A stretch of DNA of 64,000 nucleotides from an uncultured Bdellovibrio sp. (GCA_963932905.1 CAWVRN010000004.1:144384-208383), one strand, 5' to 3'. Positions 1 through 11,430 are shown, counted from the stretch's first letter. Notes: a model not told the origin generated them from the letters alone. Made by a program: numbers and translations.

Positions 1-314
1 GAAAATCGTTTCTTAGTTGCCAACAAAGTTTGAATATCAGGATTTTCTAGGACTTGAATATGATTGACTTTCAATGCCTCGACCATTGCTTTTGGACCTA
101 AGCTGGATCCACCGATACCAACCCAAACAAAATGTTTGAATTTATTGGCAAAAGTTTCACCGACTTGTTCGGTCTGACTCCAAAGATGATTCATCTCTGT
201 CAATTTGTAAAAACCGATCTCTTTGCGTTCCATCAATTTTTCTAGGCATTGATGAGGTGTGAGTTGACCATTCGCTGCGGTCGCCGGCTGACTTGAAACA
301 TAACTGATTTGCAT
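1..314 (-). CDS. pgi: glucose-6-phosphate isomerase, 5' part (runs off the window edge)
   Basis: Manual translation from ATG at 314 gives MQISYVSS...GFYKL...FKHFVWVGIGGSSLGPKAM...VLENPD. GIGGSSLG is the PGI sugar-phosphate loop. Not in the ORF track because it is truncated. Confidence 0.85.
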   Translation of the reverse strand, partial: MQISYVSSQPATAANGQLTPHQCLEKLMERKEIGFYKLTEMNHLWSQTEQVGETFANKFKHFVWVGIGGSSLGPKAMVEALKVNHIQVLENPDIQTLLATKKRF

Positions 315-573
315 AGAAATTAACCTCGATATTCCTGAAGAAATTAGCCCAGGAAACGGAATAAATCTACAGGTTTCCCGCCCAATGCGGGTTAGCAAAA
401 AGTTACAGTTTAAAAAAATAAATCTGGCATAGGCTGTATTTCTTCTCGAGTGAACAGTTGAAAAGTAACGTGGCAGACGTCCAAATTAACGTCGCCTTAT
501 TTTGAGATTTCCTTCACGAATCCGTTTATCTTCCCCTAGCCTGTCCGATAAACTGTAAGGACTCGGGGGAGTA

Positions 574-2787
574 ATGAAGCTGTTAGTAACTGTAATATTC
601 TTATCTTTTCAAATTTCACTGGTGGCCCTAGCCCAGCAAACAATGGAAGTAACAGAGGCCTTAAAATCGCACCTAATCCTAGCCAAAAAAATCTACGAGC
701 GCACAACAGGGGTAAAAATCTCGTTAAAAGATCCTGTCGTTGAACAAATGGCGAAAGAAATAAAAAACAATAACTTCGTGGGTGCCGCTAAAATAGCCAC
801 TCAAAGTCCGGCCTTTACTAATGTTAGAGCTCGCAATTTTGCACTTCGCCTTTCTAATAAATCTAACTCGGTCGGCGTTGATCTAAATGATATGGCTACC
901 ATGATTATCGGTATCATACGCGATGACGAAGACTTTAGAGAAATTATGACATCTAAAAATCACTACCAGATCAAAAACATCACTTACTACAAAAACTATC
1001 TAGAATTCAATGCTAGAAACCCAGCCACGGAGGCCGAAGACAAAATCTTGGATTTGCACGAAAACATCGAAAAAATCAGCAAGCCTCCTTATGTTATGAC
1101 TACAATCAATGCAGGGAAAGTGGCAGCCATTAATGCGGAATCCATCACACAAATCGAGAAAAACATCAAAATCTCTGAACAAGGTATTGAACTAAAAGAA
1201 AATCCAGATCCAGCCGGTGTTTTAACTACAAATTATTTTGCGCAATCTCAGTTTTCTGGCGGCACCAATCGTCGAGGCGTTGAATTTGTAGTTAAAAATT
1301 TCTTATGCAGTTCGATGCCCGAAATCGGTAACCCAAATGCTTCAGATGCCTTCGTGGGACGTGACGTTGATCGTTTCGTTGGCGGTAGTAACGCAAATTA
1401 TGTAAACAATTGTAAAAGCTGCCACACTGTTATGGATGGTCTACGTAGCGCGTTTGCTAAAGTGGACTACTCCGCTTTTTATCAAGATATGGCAACAGGA
1501 AATAACGGTCTTGCATACGGTGGCTTTGCCAATCAGCTGGCCGATGCACGCGCCGTGTGGACTGACGTCGATTTCAATCAATCTCCACTTGAAGCAGAAC
1601 TCAAATCCAAAGGCGCTAACTCGACCCTAGTCAACAACACGACACAGGCTTACGACCTTGACTACTCATTTCCTTTAAAAAGCACATACTCGGCTGAAAC
1701 CAGCACAACCTATGCCGAAAAAAAAGAAAAAATGATTTCAACAATGAACACTAACTTGTTGATCAAAAATGCAGCTGGCGTAGCGGCACCCAACACCACC
1801 TACTTATCGATGGCGCAAAAGTTTAATCGCGTCCTATTGGGCTTAAGTTTTCGCGATGTAGTTTCTGAACTGGCTGCCCGTGCTAATTTGAAAGAACAAA
1901 TTCTGGTTAACCCAGCCGCTGCCTACTCCGCTGCGAATACTAAACCAGCATGGTTAGCGGTTAAAAACAATTTACACTATTTCATTTTAACAGCCGATAC
2001 TTCTATTGGTAGCGCTCGTGACGAAGTTGCCACTGACAAAAAGACAATTCTTTATGATATTTTCGCTAACAAAACTTTGCCAGCAAATATCACTAAATAT
2101 AATCAAACATGTTTAGATAAATGGGATCAAACAAAAATTGATGCACAGACTACAGAGTCAGCTAAAAATTCAATGAGATTCACCATGTCCCAAGCTTTTT
2201 TGATCTGCGATTTGGAATTCAGAAAAAACCTATCGTTTATTTCTGAACAACTTCTACTGAAGTTAAAAACCAACGGGGCTCCGGCGGAACTTCAAACCGG
2301 TGCTAATGAACTGCTTCTGATCAACCACGTAAATATGTTTTTTAATGCTGATAGATCACGTCGTGATTATTTCACCCGTTATTTGCAATCGCAAAATCGC
2401 ATGATTGCATTCGGTGGAACAAATTTCAATGGTGACACAGGCGTAGTTAACAAAATGAACAACGGCAGTTTTACCTACGGCGCCGAGGTTAAAACAGATG
2501 ACTTCACAAACTTGGCATCGGATTCCTATGGTTGGAGAGGTCCCAATAAAGACGGCGGGTCCGGTATGAATCAATTCGGTCGAATGATTGCTGACTCGCA
2601 AGCATTTTCATCATGCATGACAAAGAAGATCTTTCAATCTGTTTGCTACAAAGATTTATCAGCAGACCCAAAGCTTTTGAAAAAATGGACCCAGCAGTTT
2701 GAAATCAATTACAAAGTTAAAAATTTAGTCGCAGAAATGGTGGTAAGTAATGATTGTGGTTTGATCAACAAAACGGCAGGTAACTAG
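574..2787 (+). CDS. exported hypothetical protein with one CxxCH motif (DUF1585/DUF1588-cluster-like)
   Basis: Signal peptide, GGGGAG RBS, CKSCH motif, AGVLTT/GTNRR motifs and C-terminal FSSCM..VC motif. Confidence 0.65.
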   Translation: MKLLVTVIFLSFQISLVALAQQTMEVTEALKSHLILAKKIYERTTGVKISLKDPVVEQMAKEIKNNNFVGAAKIATQSPAFTNVRARNFALRLSNKSNSVGVDLNDMATMIIGIIRDDEDFREIMTSKNHYQIKNITYYKNYLEFNARNPATEAEDKILDLHENIEKISKPPYVMTTINAGKVAAINAESITQIEKNIKISEQGIELKENPDPAGVLTTNYFAQSQFSGGTNRRGVEFVVKNFLCSSMPEIGNPNASDAFVGRDVDRFVGGSNANYVNNCKSCHTVMDGLRSAFAKVDYSAFYQDMATGNNGLAYGGFANQLADARAVWTDVDFNQSPLEAELKSKGANSTLVNNTTQAYDLDYSFPLKSTYSAETSTTYAEKKEKMISTMNTNLLIKNAAGVAAPNTTYLSMAQKFNRVLLGLSFRDVVSELAARANLKEQILVNPAAAYSAANTKPAWLAVKNNLHYFILTADTSIGSARDEVATDKKTILYDIFANKTLPANITKYNQTCLDKWDQTKIDAQTTESAKNSMRFTMSQAFLICDLEFRKNLSFISEQLLLKLKTNGAPAELQTGANELLLINHVNMFFNADRSRRDYFTRYLQSQNRMIAFGGTNFNGDTGVVNKMNNGSFTYGAEVKTDDFTNLASDSYGWRGPNKDGGSGMNQFGRMIADSQAFSSCMTKKIFQSVCYKDLSADPKLLKKWTQQFEINYKVKNLVAEMVVSNDCGLINKTAGN

Positions 2788-3461
2788 TGAAATATTTTAA
2801 ACTGGTCTTAATTACTTTAGTGATTTCTCTTAATTTTAACAACTGCTCTAATTTTTCAGAGCCTGTGGCCGATCAATTAATGCTTAGTACCCAGTGCGAA
2901 GAAAACTGTGATGATCTATCTACATTCAAAGTCGCTAACGACCAAGATGAAAACTTGGACGTACGCCAAGCAGTGGAAAGCTACCTCTCTATTTTGGGAA
3001 TGAAAGCATCTAATTTAACAGCCACGAACTTAAGTAGTATTAACACCGAGAAAAAACGCCGTAAAGCTTTACTCGCGCAAGACCCTGATTATACGAAAGT
3101 CAGCACAATCAATATGCTGTCTCAAACGTCTCTGGCCGGTGAAATATGCCGCGCATTTGTCACAACCGATGGACTAAATTCATCCTTGTTTTCAGGAGTT
3201 ACGTTTTCGCAAAAGCCAAATCAAATTCCGTTAAATAATTGGATGAATTCAGTTCACAATTTTGCCCTTCAGGCGTGGGGACGCGCTCTAACAACAGCCG
3301 AAACCGACGCATTCAAGAACTTTATCCAAGCATCAATGACGGAAGCTTCGCGCTCGCCGAACTCGGACAAAGTAGTGGGAACAAATTCGTTAGAATCACT
3401 TAATTTAGGTATTATGATCTGCACCACTGTTTTAGCATCGCCTGAAGCTAGCAGTTTATAG
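2787..3461 (+). CDS. putative lipoprotein
   Basis: Hydrophobic N-terminus ending in FNNC. GTG start overlaps the upstream stop. Confidence 0.65.
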   Translation: MKYFKLVLITLVISLNFNNCSNFSEPVADQLMLSTQCEENCDDLSTFKVANDQDENLDVRQAVESYLSILGMKASNLTATNLSSINTEKKRRKALLAQDPDYTKVSTINMLSQTSLAGEICRAFVTTDGLNSSLFSGVTFSQKPNQIPLNNWMNSVHNFALQAWGRALTTAETDAFKNFIQASMTEASRSPNSDKVVGTNSLESLNLGIMICTTVLASPEASSL

Positions 3462-3510
3462 CAAGTAGTTTGTAAGCCGTCATTTCTAGGGGACAAGAGT
3501 TGGGGGAAGA

Positions 3511-4980
3511 ATGAAAAAAGAAACGCACAAGTATTTACTGCAAAATGCAGACAATCCTGAAATATTAAAAAAATTCACACGTCGTGAATTGATGGGTGCA
3601 GGATTTGCGGGATTGGCCACACGCGTGTGGATGCCCTCAACCGCCAGCTTGATCGCAAATTTATTGGGCACAAGTTCGACGGCGAAAGCTGACACTGTAA
3701 CCAACTGGATGCCTTTTATCACCATTAACCTATCTGGCGGCGCTGGTATACATGGCAATATAGTTCCACTAAATTCCGCGGGTGCGATGCTACCGACCTA
3801 CGACTTTTTAGGTTTAGGAAAAAAACCAACTATTGAAAATTACTTGGGTTTAAATTTCATGGATAAATCACGTATGCTTGAAGGATTAAAATCCGTTCTC
3901 AGCGCCGATGCGGCGTCTAGAGCCAAGGGATCAATCCTTTGCACATCGACATCTCCTGACACAAATGGGATTCCTCCTTTGCGGTCACAGTTTGATCTTT
4001 CAGCTGTGCTAGAGAAAACCGGCAAAAAAGGCGAATTCTTTTCTGATTTACAAATGAATGCGACATCGACGTCGATCCGTTCATTCCACGATCAGGAACC
4101 GACCAGCCGTTTAAATGTGGCTAGCGTTGCACAACTGCAGGACTCTCTGTCGTTAACTGCGGTGTATGCGTCCACTGTTAGCGGAACAGATACGACACCG
4201 CGTTTTACGCAAAATCAGAAACGAAATGTCGCCTCTGTATTATCGAAAATGACAGAGCTACAGTTGAATTCACGTAACTCAGATAAACTGAATCCAGAGA
4301 AAAATAAAATTATTGATGCTAGTAAAAAATTGGAAGATCTAGTCGGCGGAACTGTCAGTGGTAAAACCTTGGTGGATCCCTACCAATCAGCGATGACTAA
4401 AAATGTTTACAAGTTAACCGATCCCGCAAGAGACTCCGCCAGCCTTCAAACTACGGCAGCAATCATGTACTGCAATTTGATGGGCTATTCGTCGCACACC
4501 TATTTAGCCCTACCCGGATACGACTATCATGATCCTTCCACTCGTACACAATCCAATCAACGTGACTTTGAAGCAGGACAACAAATCGGACGTATTGTCG
4601 AGCTTGCACATCAATTACAAAAATCTGTTTTTATCTTTGTAAACACGGACGGATCCTGTGTTTCAATTAGATCGGATGACATCACTTCACAATGGAGCGG
4701 TGATACTACAAATTCATTGCAATTAATTATCGCTTACACTCCAGAAGGCGTTGATTTTTCAACGACTAGTAATTTGAAATCACAAATTGGCCACTACACG
4801 AACGATCAAGCGACAGATAAAAATACATTGGTCGGCGATCGTACCGACTACGTAGCCGCGGCGGTAACAGCTAACTATTTAAACTTGCATGGTCAAATCA
4901 GTCGACTAACTGAAGTCGTACCATCAACAATAACTCAGGAACGAACCGGCGAAGTCGTTCGCCTAAAGGCCAAAGCTTAA
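3511..4980 (+). CDS. Tat-exported DUF1501/DUF1552-like protein
   Basis: TRRELMG twin-arginine signal with AKA cleavage site; motifs FITINLSGGA, GYDYHD, NTDGS. Confidence 0.6.
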   Translation: MKKETHKYLLQNADNPEILKKFTRRELMGAGFAGLATRVWMPSTASLIANLLGTSSTAKADTVTNWMPFITINLSGGAGIHGNIVPLNSAGAMLPTYDFLGLGKKPTIENYLGLNFMDKSRMLEGLKSVLSADAASRAKGSILCTSTSPDTNGIPPLRSQFDLSAVLEKTGKKGEFFSDLQMNATSTSIRSFHDQEPTSRLNVASVAQLQDSLSLTAVYASTVSGTDTTPRFTQNQKRNVASVLSKMTELQLNSRNSDKLNPEKNKIIDASKKLEDLVGGTVSGKTLVDPYQSAMTKNVYKLTDPARDSASLQTTAAIMYCNLMGYSSHTYLALPGYDYHDPSTRTQSNQRDFEAGQQIGRIVELAHQLQKSVFIFVNTDGSCVSIRSDDITSQWSGDTTNSLQLIIAYTPEGVDFSTTSNLKSQIGHYTNDQATDKNTLVGDRTDYVAAAVTANYLNLHGQISRLTEVVPSTITQERTGEVVRLKAKA

Positions 4981-4981
4981 T

Positions 4982-6727
4982 ATGAAAACGAATCGCAGAC
5001 TCCTTTTTTCACTTTTCGCACTCGCAATATTGGCCATTGCATTTCAAAATTGTGCTGGTTCCGACTTTTTTGTAGTCGCAATGGACGAACTTGAAAGCAG
5101 CTCAGAAGCGCCAACTGCCAAGCTAAATACGTGCGAAAGTATTCTTTATAACGAGTTCTTGAAACCAAATGGTTACTATGCATTTCTTAGCCAGAAATGT
5201 GTTACTTGTCATAATGGTTTAGGACAAGGCCCAGGTTTCGCTAGCCTCAATACATCAACAGCTTGGGAAAAATTTTCGGATAAAGAAATTGCCGGAAACC
5301 ACCGTGTCAGTGACCGCGCCGTTAGCGATCACCAACCCGGCGTTACAGGCACACAAAATCAATCAATTATCGGTCCTTTAAAAGAACAATTCGCAGCAGC
5401 CCAAATTAAATACGAAGCGTGTGAAGAAGATCAAGGTGGCGGTGACACGAAAGCCGTATTGAAACCAATTAAAGTCACTCCGTTATCACTCGCCTTTCTT
5501 AAAGATACCGGTGAAGATCTCACGGACGCTGAAAAGCAATTCTTAAGAAACGAAGTTCTGAAGTATTATGTTGAAGAAAAACCAGGAACTGGTATTTACA
5601 TCGAAAATCTTCAGACGCTAGAAAACCTGAATCCTTATGAGCGTCCTATTTTTAATACCGCTACCAATCGTTGGACAAAACAGGCTCTTAAGAAAGTATC
5701 GACTTTTGAATTAACAGATGAAGAAGCGGCCAATATTCGCGTAGAGACATACAAACTGGTGGACGCCGCAGGTAACCCCATCATGGATAAAGGTGTCCAA
5801 AAGGAAAAAACTTATTTCCTAAATCCATTTCAACGCATCCAACGCAATCAAACAACTAACGCCATTATCGTGGATCCAAAAACGTTTGAACCACTTGTCG
5901 AAGAACTAAAACGCGGAGGGCAGTACACATTTGCACTTCGCAATGGGACGTATACACCCGATGTATCCGGCGATGAACCTTACGTGACATTTAAAATTCA
6001 GATTTTCCGTTCACAGCGACCAATAACAAAAACGGAACAACGTTTAAGTATAAAAAAACGCGTTGACGCCAACACAGTTCAAACTCTAACGGTAGCGCGC
6101 CCTACTGCTTATGCTCAATCACTAGACCCCTATGTTGTTATTAAACGCCCCGTTTTCAATATCGATAGCGGCATGCCCGCCTCACTGTACCCAAAATATG
6201 CGTATCAAATCCAAGACCTGGGTATGTATGTTAACGGTGTACTGCAAAACGATCGTACCATTTTCCGAATCATCGATAGTGTCGTTTGTGAAAAAACCGC
6301 TATCAACGTCATGGTAAATTCCAATTCAGAAATTTTGCCACTTGATTTCAGCAAATCAAACTCGATACAATTCGAGTTTAAAAATGCGGCGATGGTAGAC
6401 CGTGCGAATTTTACTTCTAAGCAAATTTCATGCTCTGAAGATGAGCAAATGAATGAAAATGTAGTTTTACCTGACAACGTGACTTACACCGACTTGATGG
6501 GCGCTACGGATGTAAACGTCTTCAAAAAAAGCTGCGTCAGTTGCCATAGTTCAGCAAACTTAGCCGGAGGATTTGATATTTCGACTTATGATCGCGCGAA
6601 AGAACGCAACAGCAAAATCGTCGAGCGAATGAACAATGCCAACTCACCGATGCCACCAAACGGAATTTTGAGTCCAACATCGCGTAAATTAGTTCAAAAG
6701 TGGATAAGTCTGGGAAGCCCGCAATAG
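4982..6727 (+). CDS. di-heme c-type cytochrome lipoprotein
   Basis: FQNC lipobox-like signal; CVTCH and CVSCH motifs; C-terminal PMPP...KWI..G pattern typical of cytochrome c domains. Confidence 0.7.
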   Translation: MKTNRRLLFSLFALAILAIAFQNCAGSDFFVVAMDELESSSEAPTAKLNTCESILYNEFLKPNGYYAFLSQKCVTCHNGLGQGPGFASLNTSTAWEKFSDKEIAGNHRVSDRAVSDHQPGVTGTQNQSIIGPLKEQFAAAQIKYEACEEDQGGGDTKAVLKPIKVTPLSLAFLKDTGEDLTDAEKQFLRNEVLKYYVEEKPGTGIYIENLQTLENLNPYERPIFNTATNRWTKQALKKVSTFELTDEEAANIRVETYKLVDAAGNPIMDKGVQKEKTYFLNPFQRIQRNQTTNAIIVDPKTFEPLVEELKRGGQYTFALRNGTYTPDVSGDEPYVTFKIQIFRSQRPITKTEQRLSIKKRVDANTVQTLTVARPTAYAQSLDPYVVIKRPVFNIDSGMPASLYPKYAYQIQDLGMYVNGVLQNDRTIFRIIDSVVCEKTAINVMVNSNSEILPLDFSKSNSIQFEFKNAAMVDRANFTSKQISCSEDEQMNENVVLPDNVTYTDLMGATDVNVFKKSCVSCHSSANLAGGFDISTYDRAKERNSKIVERMNNANSPMPPNGILSPTSRKLVQKWISLGSPQ

Positions 6728-6744
6728 TGGGCTTTCGCTGACGT

Positions 6745-7575
6745 CTATCCAAAACGACCCGTAATATAGTTCTCAGTTCGTTTATCTGAAGGGTTAGTGA
6801 AAATCAAATTGCTAGGGCCATACTCAATCAAATCGCCCAAGTACATAAACGCCGTATAATCAGAACAACGAGCCGCTTGGTGCAAATTATGAGTTACTAT
6901 CAAGATCGTAACGTCTTTCTTTAGCTCTACGATAAGTTCTTCAATGTGGGATGTCGAAATAGGGTCCAAGGCGCTAGTCGGTTCATCCAAAAGTAGAATT
7001 TCTGGATCTGTCACCAAAGCGCGAGCGATACACAAACGCTGCTGCTGACCACCGGACAATGAAGTGGCCTGAGCATGCAAGCGGTCTTTTACTTCCGTCC
7101 ATAAACCCGCTTGCTGCAAGCTGAGTTCAATTTTTTCATCCATGTAGGATTTTTTCTTGATACCACGAACTCGCAATCCATAAGCTACATTTTCATATAT
7201 TGTTTTTGGAAATGGATTCGGTTTTTGAAAAACCATTCCAATACGCATACGAACTTCCATTGGATCCACATCGCGGCTTAAGATATTTTTAGATTCTGGA
7301 TAAAGTAGAATCTCACCATCATAAGAAACTTCGTTGTATAAATCATGCATACGATTAAAACAGCGTAGTAATGTTGTTTTGCCACACCCAGAAGGGCCAA
7401 TCAACGCCGTTACTTTTTTGTCAAATATTGGAAGCGATACATTTTTTAGAACGACTTTATCTTTAGGGTTGTAACTGAAAGACAAATTCTTAACTTGGGA
7501 ACGTAAAAAATCAGATTGAACTCCCAAATTGAATTTAGTCGTCGATGTTGTTGGAACTTCAAATTGTGGACCCAT
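6745..7575 (-). CDS. pstB: phosphate ABC transporter ATPase
   Basis: [32 protein letters not shown] and C-terminal YITGRFG. Confidence 0.97.
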   Translation of the reverse strand: MGPQFEVPTTSTTKFNLGVQSDFLRSQVKNLSFSYNPKDKVVLKNVSLPIFDKKVTALIGPSGCGKTTLLRCFNRMHDLYNEVSYDGEILLYPESKNILSRDVDPMEVRMRIGMVFQKPNPFPKTIYENVAYGLRVRGIKKKSYMDEKIELSLQQAGLWTEVKDRLHAQATSLSGGQQQRLCIARALVTDPEILLLDEPTSALDPISTSHIEELIVELKKDVTILIVTHNLHQAARCSDYTAFMYLGDLIEYGPSNLIFTNPSDKRTENYITGRFG

Positions 7576-7585
7576 AATTATCCTT

Positions 7586-8551
7586 TTACCATTTCATTCT
7601 ACGACGAAAGCGATAGCGAATATAAATCGCAATTCCATTCATCAACAAAGTCATCACTAACAATACTGTACCTGTCGCAGCGGCGTTAACGTGAAATTCT
7701 GTTTGCGGACGCGACACCCAGTTAAACATTTGAATGGGCATGACTGTAAATGCATCATGCAACCACTGAAAGCTTACATAAGGAAATACATTGGATACCG
7801 GCGCCGTTGGCAAAAACGCGATAAATGTTAAAGCTCCAATAGTTATCAAAGGCGCGGTTTCACCAATCGCACGGGACAACGAAATAATCACGCCCGTCAA
7901 AATACCACCGCTGGAATACGGCAAGACATGATGCTGAATAGTTTGCCAGTGACTGGCACCCAATCCATACGACGCTTCACGAATAGAATTGGGAATCGTA
8001 CGAATCGCTTCCCGAGTCGTCACAATCACGATGGGTAGCACTAATAGGCCTAACGTCATTCCAGCTGTCAAAATACTTTGGCCAAATTTTAATTTATAAA
8101 CAAACAGACCAAGCGCCATTAAACCAAACGTGATCGAAGGAACACCAGCTAAATTAATAATATTTAATTCAATGATCTTAGTGAAAAAGTTTTTCGGCGC
8201 GTATTCTTCCAAATAAACTCCAGCAGCGACACCGATAGGAATCGCTACAAATGCCGTAGTTACCATAACAGCCAACGATCCCACCCATGCGGATAGAATC
8301 CCTGCTTTTTCAGGAAAACGCGACGGGAAGTTGGTAAAAAACTCAGCATTGATGCGAGGAACACCCGTCACTGCTAAATCAATAAACAGAGCTAACAAAG
8401 TGCAAATCGCAAATAACAAAGTCAAAAGGCCAACGACAGCGAACATAAAATTCTTCGCACGACGCCATTTCAAATTTCTTGCGATATCCACTTCGCTCAT
8501 AGGCTCCTTTGTTAATCGAGCCGCTTGGGTATGCACCATTGACTGCTCCAC
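7586..8551 (-). CDS. pstA: phosphate ABC transporter permease
   Basis: [26 protein letters not shown]. The true start may be a downstream ATG. Confidence 0.95.
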   Translation of the reverse strand: MEQSMVHTQAARLTKEPMSEVDIARNLKWRRAKNFMFAVVGLLTLLFAICTLLALFIDLAVTGVPRINAEFFTNFPSRFPEKAGILSAWVGSLAVMVTTAFVAIPIGVAAGVYLEEYAPKNFFTKIIELNIINLAGVPSITFGLMALGLFVYKLKFGQSILTAGMTLGLLVLPIVIVTTREAIRTIPNSIREASYGLGASHWQTIQHHVLPYSSGGILTGVIISLSRAIGETAPLITIGALTFIAFLPTAPVSNVFPYVSFQWLHDAFTVMPIQMFNWVSRPQTEFHVNAAATGTVLLVMTLLMNGIAIYIRYRFRRRMKW

Positions 8552-9474
8552 TATTCTTTCTCCTGAATTTGGCTCTTAATCCACATCCCTAGGATATTAA
8601 AGATTAAGGTTAGAACTAATAAAGTCAACCCAGCAACGTAGATGGATTGATAGCCAATACTTCCATGAGGCAAATCACCCAAGCTAACTTGTACAATAAA
8701 TGCCGTAATTGTAGCCGCTGGTTCTGACGGATCTAAAGTCAAATTTGGCTGCATACCTGCGGCGATAGCGACAACCATGGTCTCACCTAACGCCCGCGAA
8801 ATACCCAAAACATAGGCCGAACTGATACCCGAGAAAGCACTTGGAATCACAACTCGTAACGTTGTTTGGAATTTCGTAGAACCTAACGCTGCGGACGCTT
8901 CACGTAAATGGGCTGGTACGGACCGCATGGCATCTTCACTCAGTGAACTCACGTATGGGATAATCATAATTCCCATCACGATACCGGCGCTAAGAACGCT
9001 GAAGCCACCTAAGTTAGGCATAATTTTTTGTAACATGGGTGTTACAAACAACAAAGCAAAGTAGCCGTAGACCACGCTTGGAACTGCGGCCAACAATTCT
9101 AGGATGGGCTTCAAGGCTTCGCGAGCGCGCGGTTTTAAATATTCACTTAGGTAGGCCGAGACAATCGTGCCTAGCGGAATAGCGACACACACCGCAATAA
9201 ATGTGGCCATGAAAGTACCTGCCACTAAAGGGCGGATACCAAACTTAGCATCGCTAAACATTGGCGTCCATTCACGACCCGTTAAAAATTCAGTTAACGA
9301 AACACTTTCAAAAAATGGCAGAGATTCAGAAACTAAAATATAAACAATTCCCATCGTTACAAAAACAGAACTACACGCAGCTAAAAACAAAACCGATTCA
9401 ATCAAGCGGTCTTTGATTTTCCTTAAGCGGCGAGTCGGATGACTTGCAGATGTAAATGCCTTTAGTTCTGACAT
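8551..9474 (-). CDS. pstC: phosphate ABC transporter permease
   Basis: ELLAAVPSVVYG, SRALGETMVV. Confidence 0.95.
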   Translation of the reverse strand: MSELKAFTSASHPTRRLRKIKDRLIESVLFLAACSSVFVTMGIVYILVSESLPFFESVSLTEFLTGREWTPMFSDAKFGIRPLVAGTFMATFIAVCVAIPLGTIVSAYLSEYLKPRAREALKPILELLAAVPSVVYGYFALLFVTPMLQKIMPNLGGFSVLSAGIVMGIMIIPYVSSLSEDAMRSVPAHLREASAALGSTKFQTTLRVVIPSAFSGISSAYVLGISRALGETMVVAIAAGMQPNLTLDPSEPAATITAFIVQVSLGDLPHGSIGYQSIYVAGLTLLVLTLIFNILGMWIKSQIQEKE

Positions 9475-9480
9475 AAATCC

Positions 9481-10470
9481 CTAATGTTTAGCTTCTTTTT
9501 TTAAAAGGTCTTCGATTTTTAATCCCACTTCCGAGTGGCCATCAAACACAGTCCCTAATTTTACTGAATTCAAATTCTTAGTTGCCAGGTCATACGCCGC
9601 CGCCGGAAGCGGTATATACTGCACACTCGGCACCAAAGCTGGTGCATTTTTCATGAAGAAACTAGTGTACTCTTTTACTTCTGGTTTGCTCAATGCTTTT
9701 TGGCTGACGTAAATAAATAGTGGTCGCGACAGAGGTTGATAAGAGCCATTTTCCACCGTTTGACGAGTCGGCAAAACACTAGGAAGGACTTTACCTTTTT
9801 TATCTTTGCCGATGATACCTAGGGCTTTTAATTTATCAGTGTTGCCCATGTAGTATGCCATCGGAATGTAACCAATCGCATTTTTCTCTTGAGATACACC
9901 TTGCACCAAGGTGTTATCATCTTCACTTGCTGTGTAATCTCCGCGAGATGCTTTGGCTTTGCCTACAATTGCTTCTGTGAAGTAATCAAATGTTCCTGAA
10001 TCAGATCCCGCACCGAAAAGTTTGAATGTTTGGTCAGGCCATTTTGGATTGACTTGATTCCATTTAGTTACTTTGCCTTGGGCACTTGGTTCCCAAATTT
10101 TTTTCAATTCATCGACGGTCACATCTTTTATCCAGTCATTTTTGGGATGAACAACTACGACTGTGGCGTCATAGGCGATGGGTAACTCGATAAATTTAAT
10201 GCCCGCCTGTTTGCAGGCATCCAACTCCATTTTCAAAATCGGACGGGAGGCATTTTGCACATCAGTTTCACCGCGACAAAAACGTTTAAATCCACCACCA
10301 GTTCCTTTTGCTCCCACCGTGACTTTGTATTTACCTTTAAATTCTTTTTGAAACTCTTCCGACACGGCTTCGGTGATCGGGTAAACAGTACTTGACCCGT
10401 CAACAACAACAGTTTGAGCAAGAGCGGGCGACATCCATACAAACAGCAACAAAGCGGATAATTTAAGCAT
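9481..10470 (-). CDS. pstS: phosphate ABC transporter substrate-binding protein
   Basis: Signal peptide; DGSSTVYP, GTGGGFKRF, SGTFDYF, YQPLSRPLFIY. Confidence 0.95.
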   Translation of the reverse strand: MLKLSALLLFVWMSPALAQTVVVDGSSTVYPITEAVSEEFQKEFKGKYKVTVGAKGTGGGFKRFCRGETDVQNASRPILKMELDACKQAGIKFIELPIAYDATVVVVHPKNDWIKDVTVDELKKIWEPSAQGKVTKWNQVNPKWPDQTFKLFGAGSDSGTFDYFTEAIVGKAKASRGDYTASEDDNTLVQGVSQEKNAIGYIPMAYYMGNTDKLKALGIIGKDKKGKVLPSVLPTRQTVENGSYQPLSRPLFIYVSQKALSKPEVKEYTSFFMKNAPALVPSVQYIPLPAAAYDLATKNLNSVKLGTVFDGHSEVGLKIEDLLKKEAKH

Positions 10471-10536
10471 TACTTTTCCTCTGAAATTTATAGCCTAATT
10501 TATACTGGATTTTGGTCTGTTTATCTATTTGGCCAT

Positions 10537-10553
10537 TGTTAGATTTGTGTTAA
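10537..10553 (-). promoter_or_regulatory. Pho-box-like direct repeat upstream of pstS
   Basis: Minus strand reads TTAACA-CAAAT-CTAACA (11-bp period), about 67 bp upstream of the pstS ATG. Confidence 0.6.
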
Positions 10554-10693
10554 GGCTCTCGACGGAACATCTTCAAAAATTGGCCGATCAATTGCTTTAT
10601 AACTCACTCGGGGGAATATTTTGAACAGATCGGTGTCTTTCTGATCGTAAAATTTCCCAAACTGTAAATAAAAAGAGCTTTTAAGGGGGAAAA

Positions 10694-11374
10694 ATGAAAC
10701 TACCAATGAAAACACTAGTATTTTTACTCGGCTGGTCATTAATCAGCTGGGGGCAAAGTGCGCCTGAGAGCGCAGAAATTCGCAACGTAACAATGTCGGG
10801 ATCAGGCTGCGAGGACTCCGCAGCAAGCGCGACAATTTCGCCGGATTTTAAAGATCTTTCGATACTGTTCGACAATCACGTTGTTGAAATCGGTAACGGC
10901 AGTCCCGATCCAAACAAACTCAAGCTACAAAAAAATTGTCGCATCGATATCGACATCGCTGTGCCTCGAGGCTGGCAATACGCATTTAAAAGCGTCGACT
11001 ACCGCGGTTTCGTTGCACTTCCTGCCAGTGCTTACGGTTTTCACCGTTTAGCCACTATGTCTGCAAACAGCATAGTTCCGACATTGCGTGAAGTGACCCA
11101 CAAAGGGCCAATCAATCAGGATTATACTTTCCATGTTGAAGCCAGCCCAACTCGCTATGTATGGTCTTCATGTATTTCAGGTTCACACACCATGATTTTC
11201 TATTCGCAACTCGGTGTTAGTTTTTATCCTAAATTCGCGGATCGTTCGAATGCGATCATCAGTTTAGATTCCAAAGACTTTAGCATGCGTCAAAGTGTGG
11301 GTATGATTTGGAGAAAATGTCAGTACAGCAACCAACCCACTCCTACTCCAAGTCCACGTCGTCCACGATTCTAA
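10694..11374 (+). CDS. secreted DUF4360-family protein
   Basis: Signal peptide; GSGC, SILFD, KNC, P.GWQY..VDYRGF, WS.C and W..C motifs. Confidence 0.8.
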   Translation: MKLPMKTLVFLLGWSLISWGQSAPESAEIRNVTMSGSGCEDSAASATISPDFKDLSILFDNHVVEIGNGSPDPNKLKLQKNCRIDIDIAVPRGWQYAFKSVDYRGFVALPASAYGFHRLATMSANSIVPTLREVTHKGPINQDYTFHVEASPTRYVWSSCISGSHTMIFYSQLGVSFYPKFADRSNAIISLDSKDFSMRQSVGMIWRKCQYSNQPTPTPSPRRPRF

Positions 11375-11430
11375 TATTTAAAGTGCATTTCTTCCTTTCC
11401 TACGATTTAATTTTAGGAAAGGAAGCTTGA

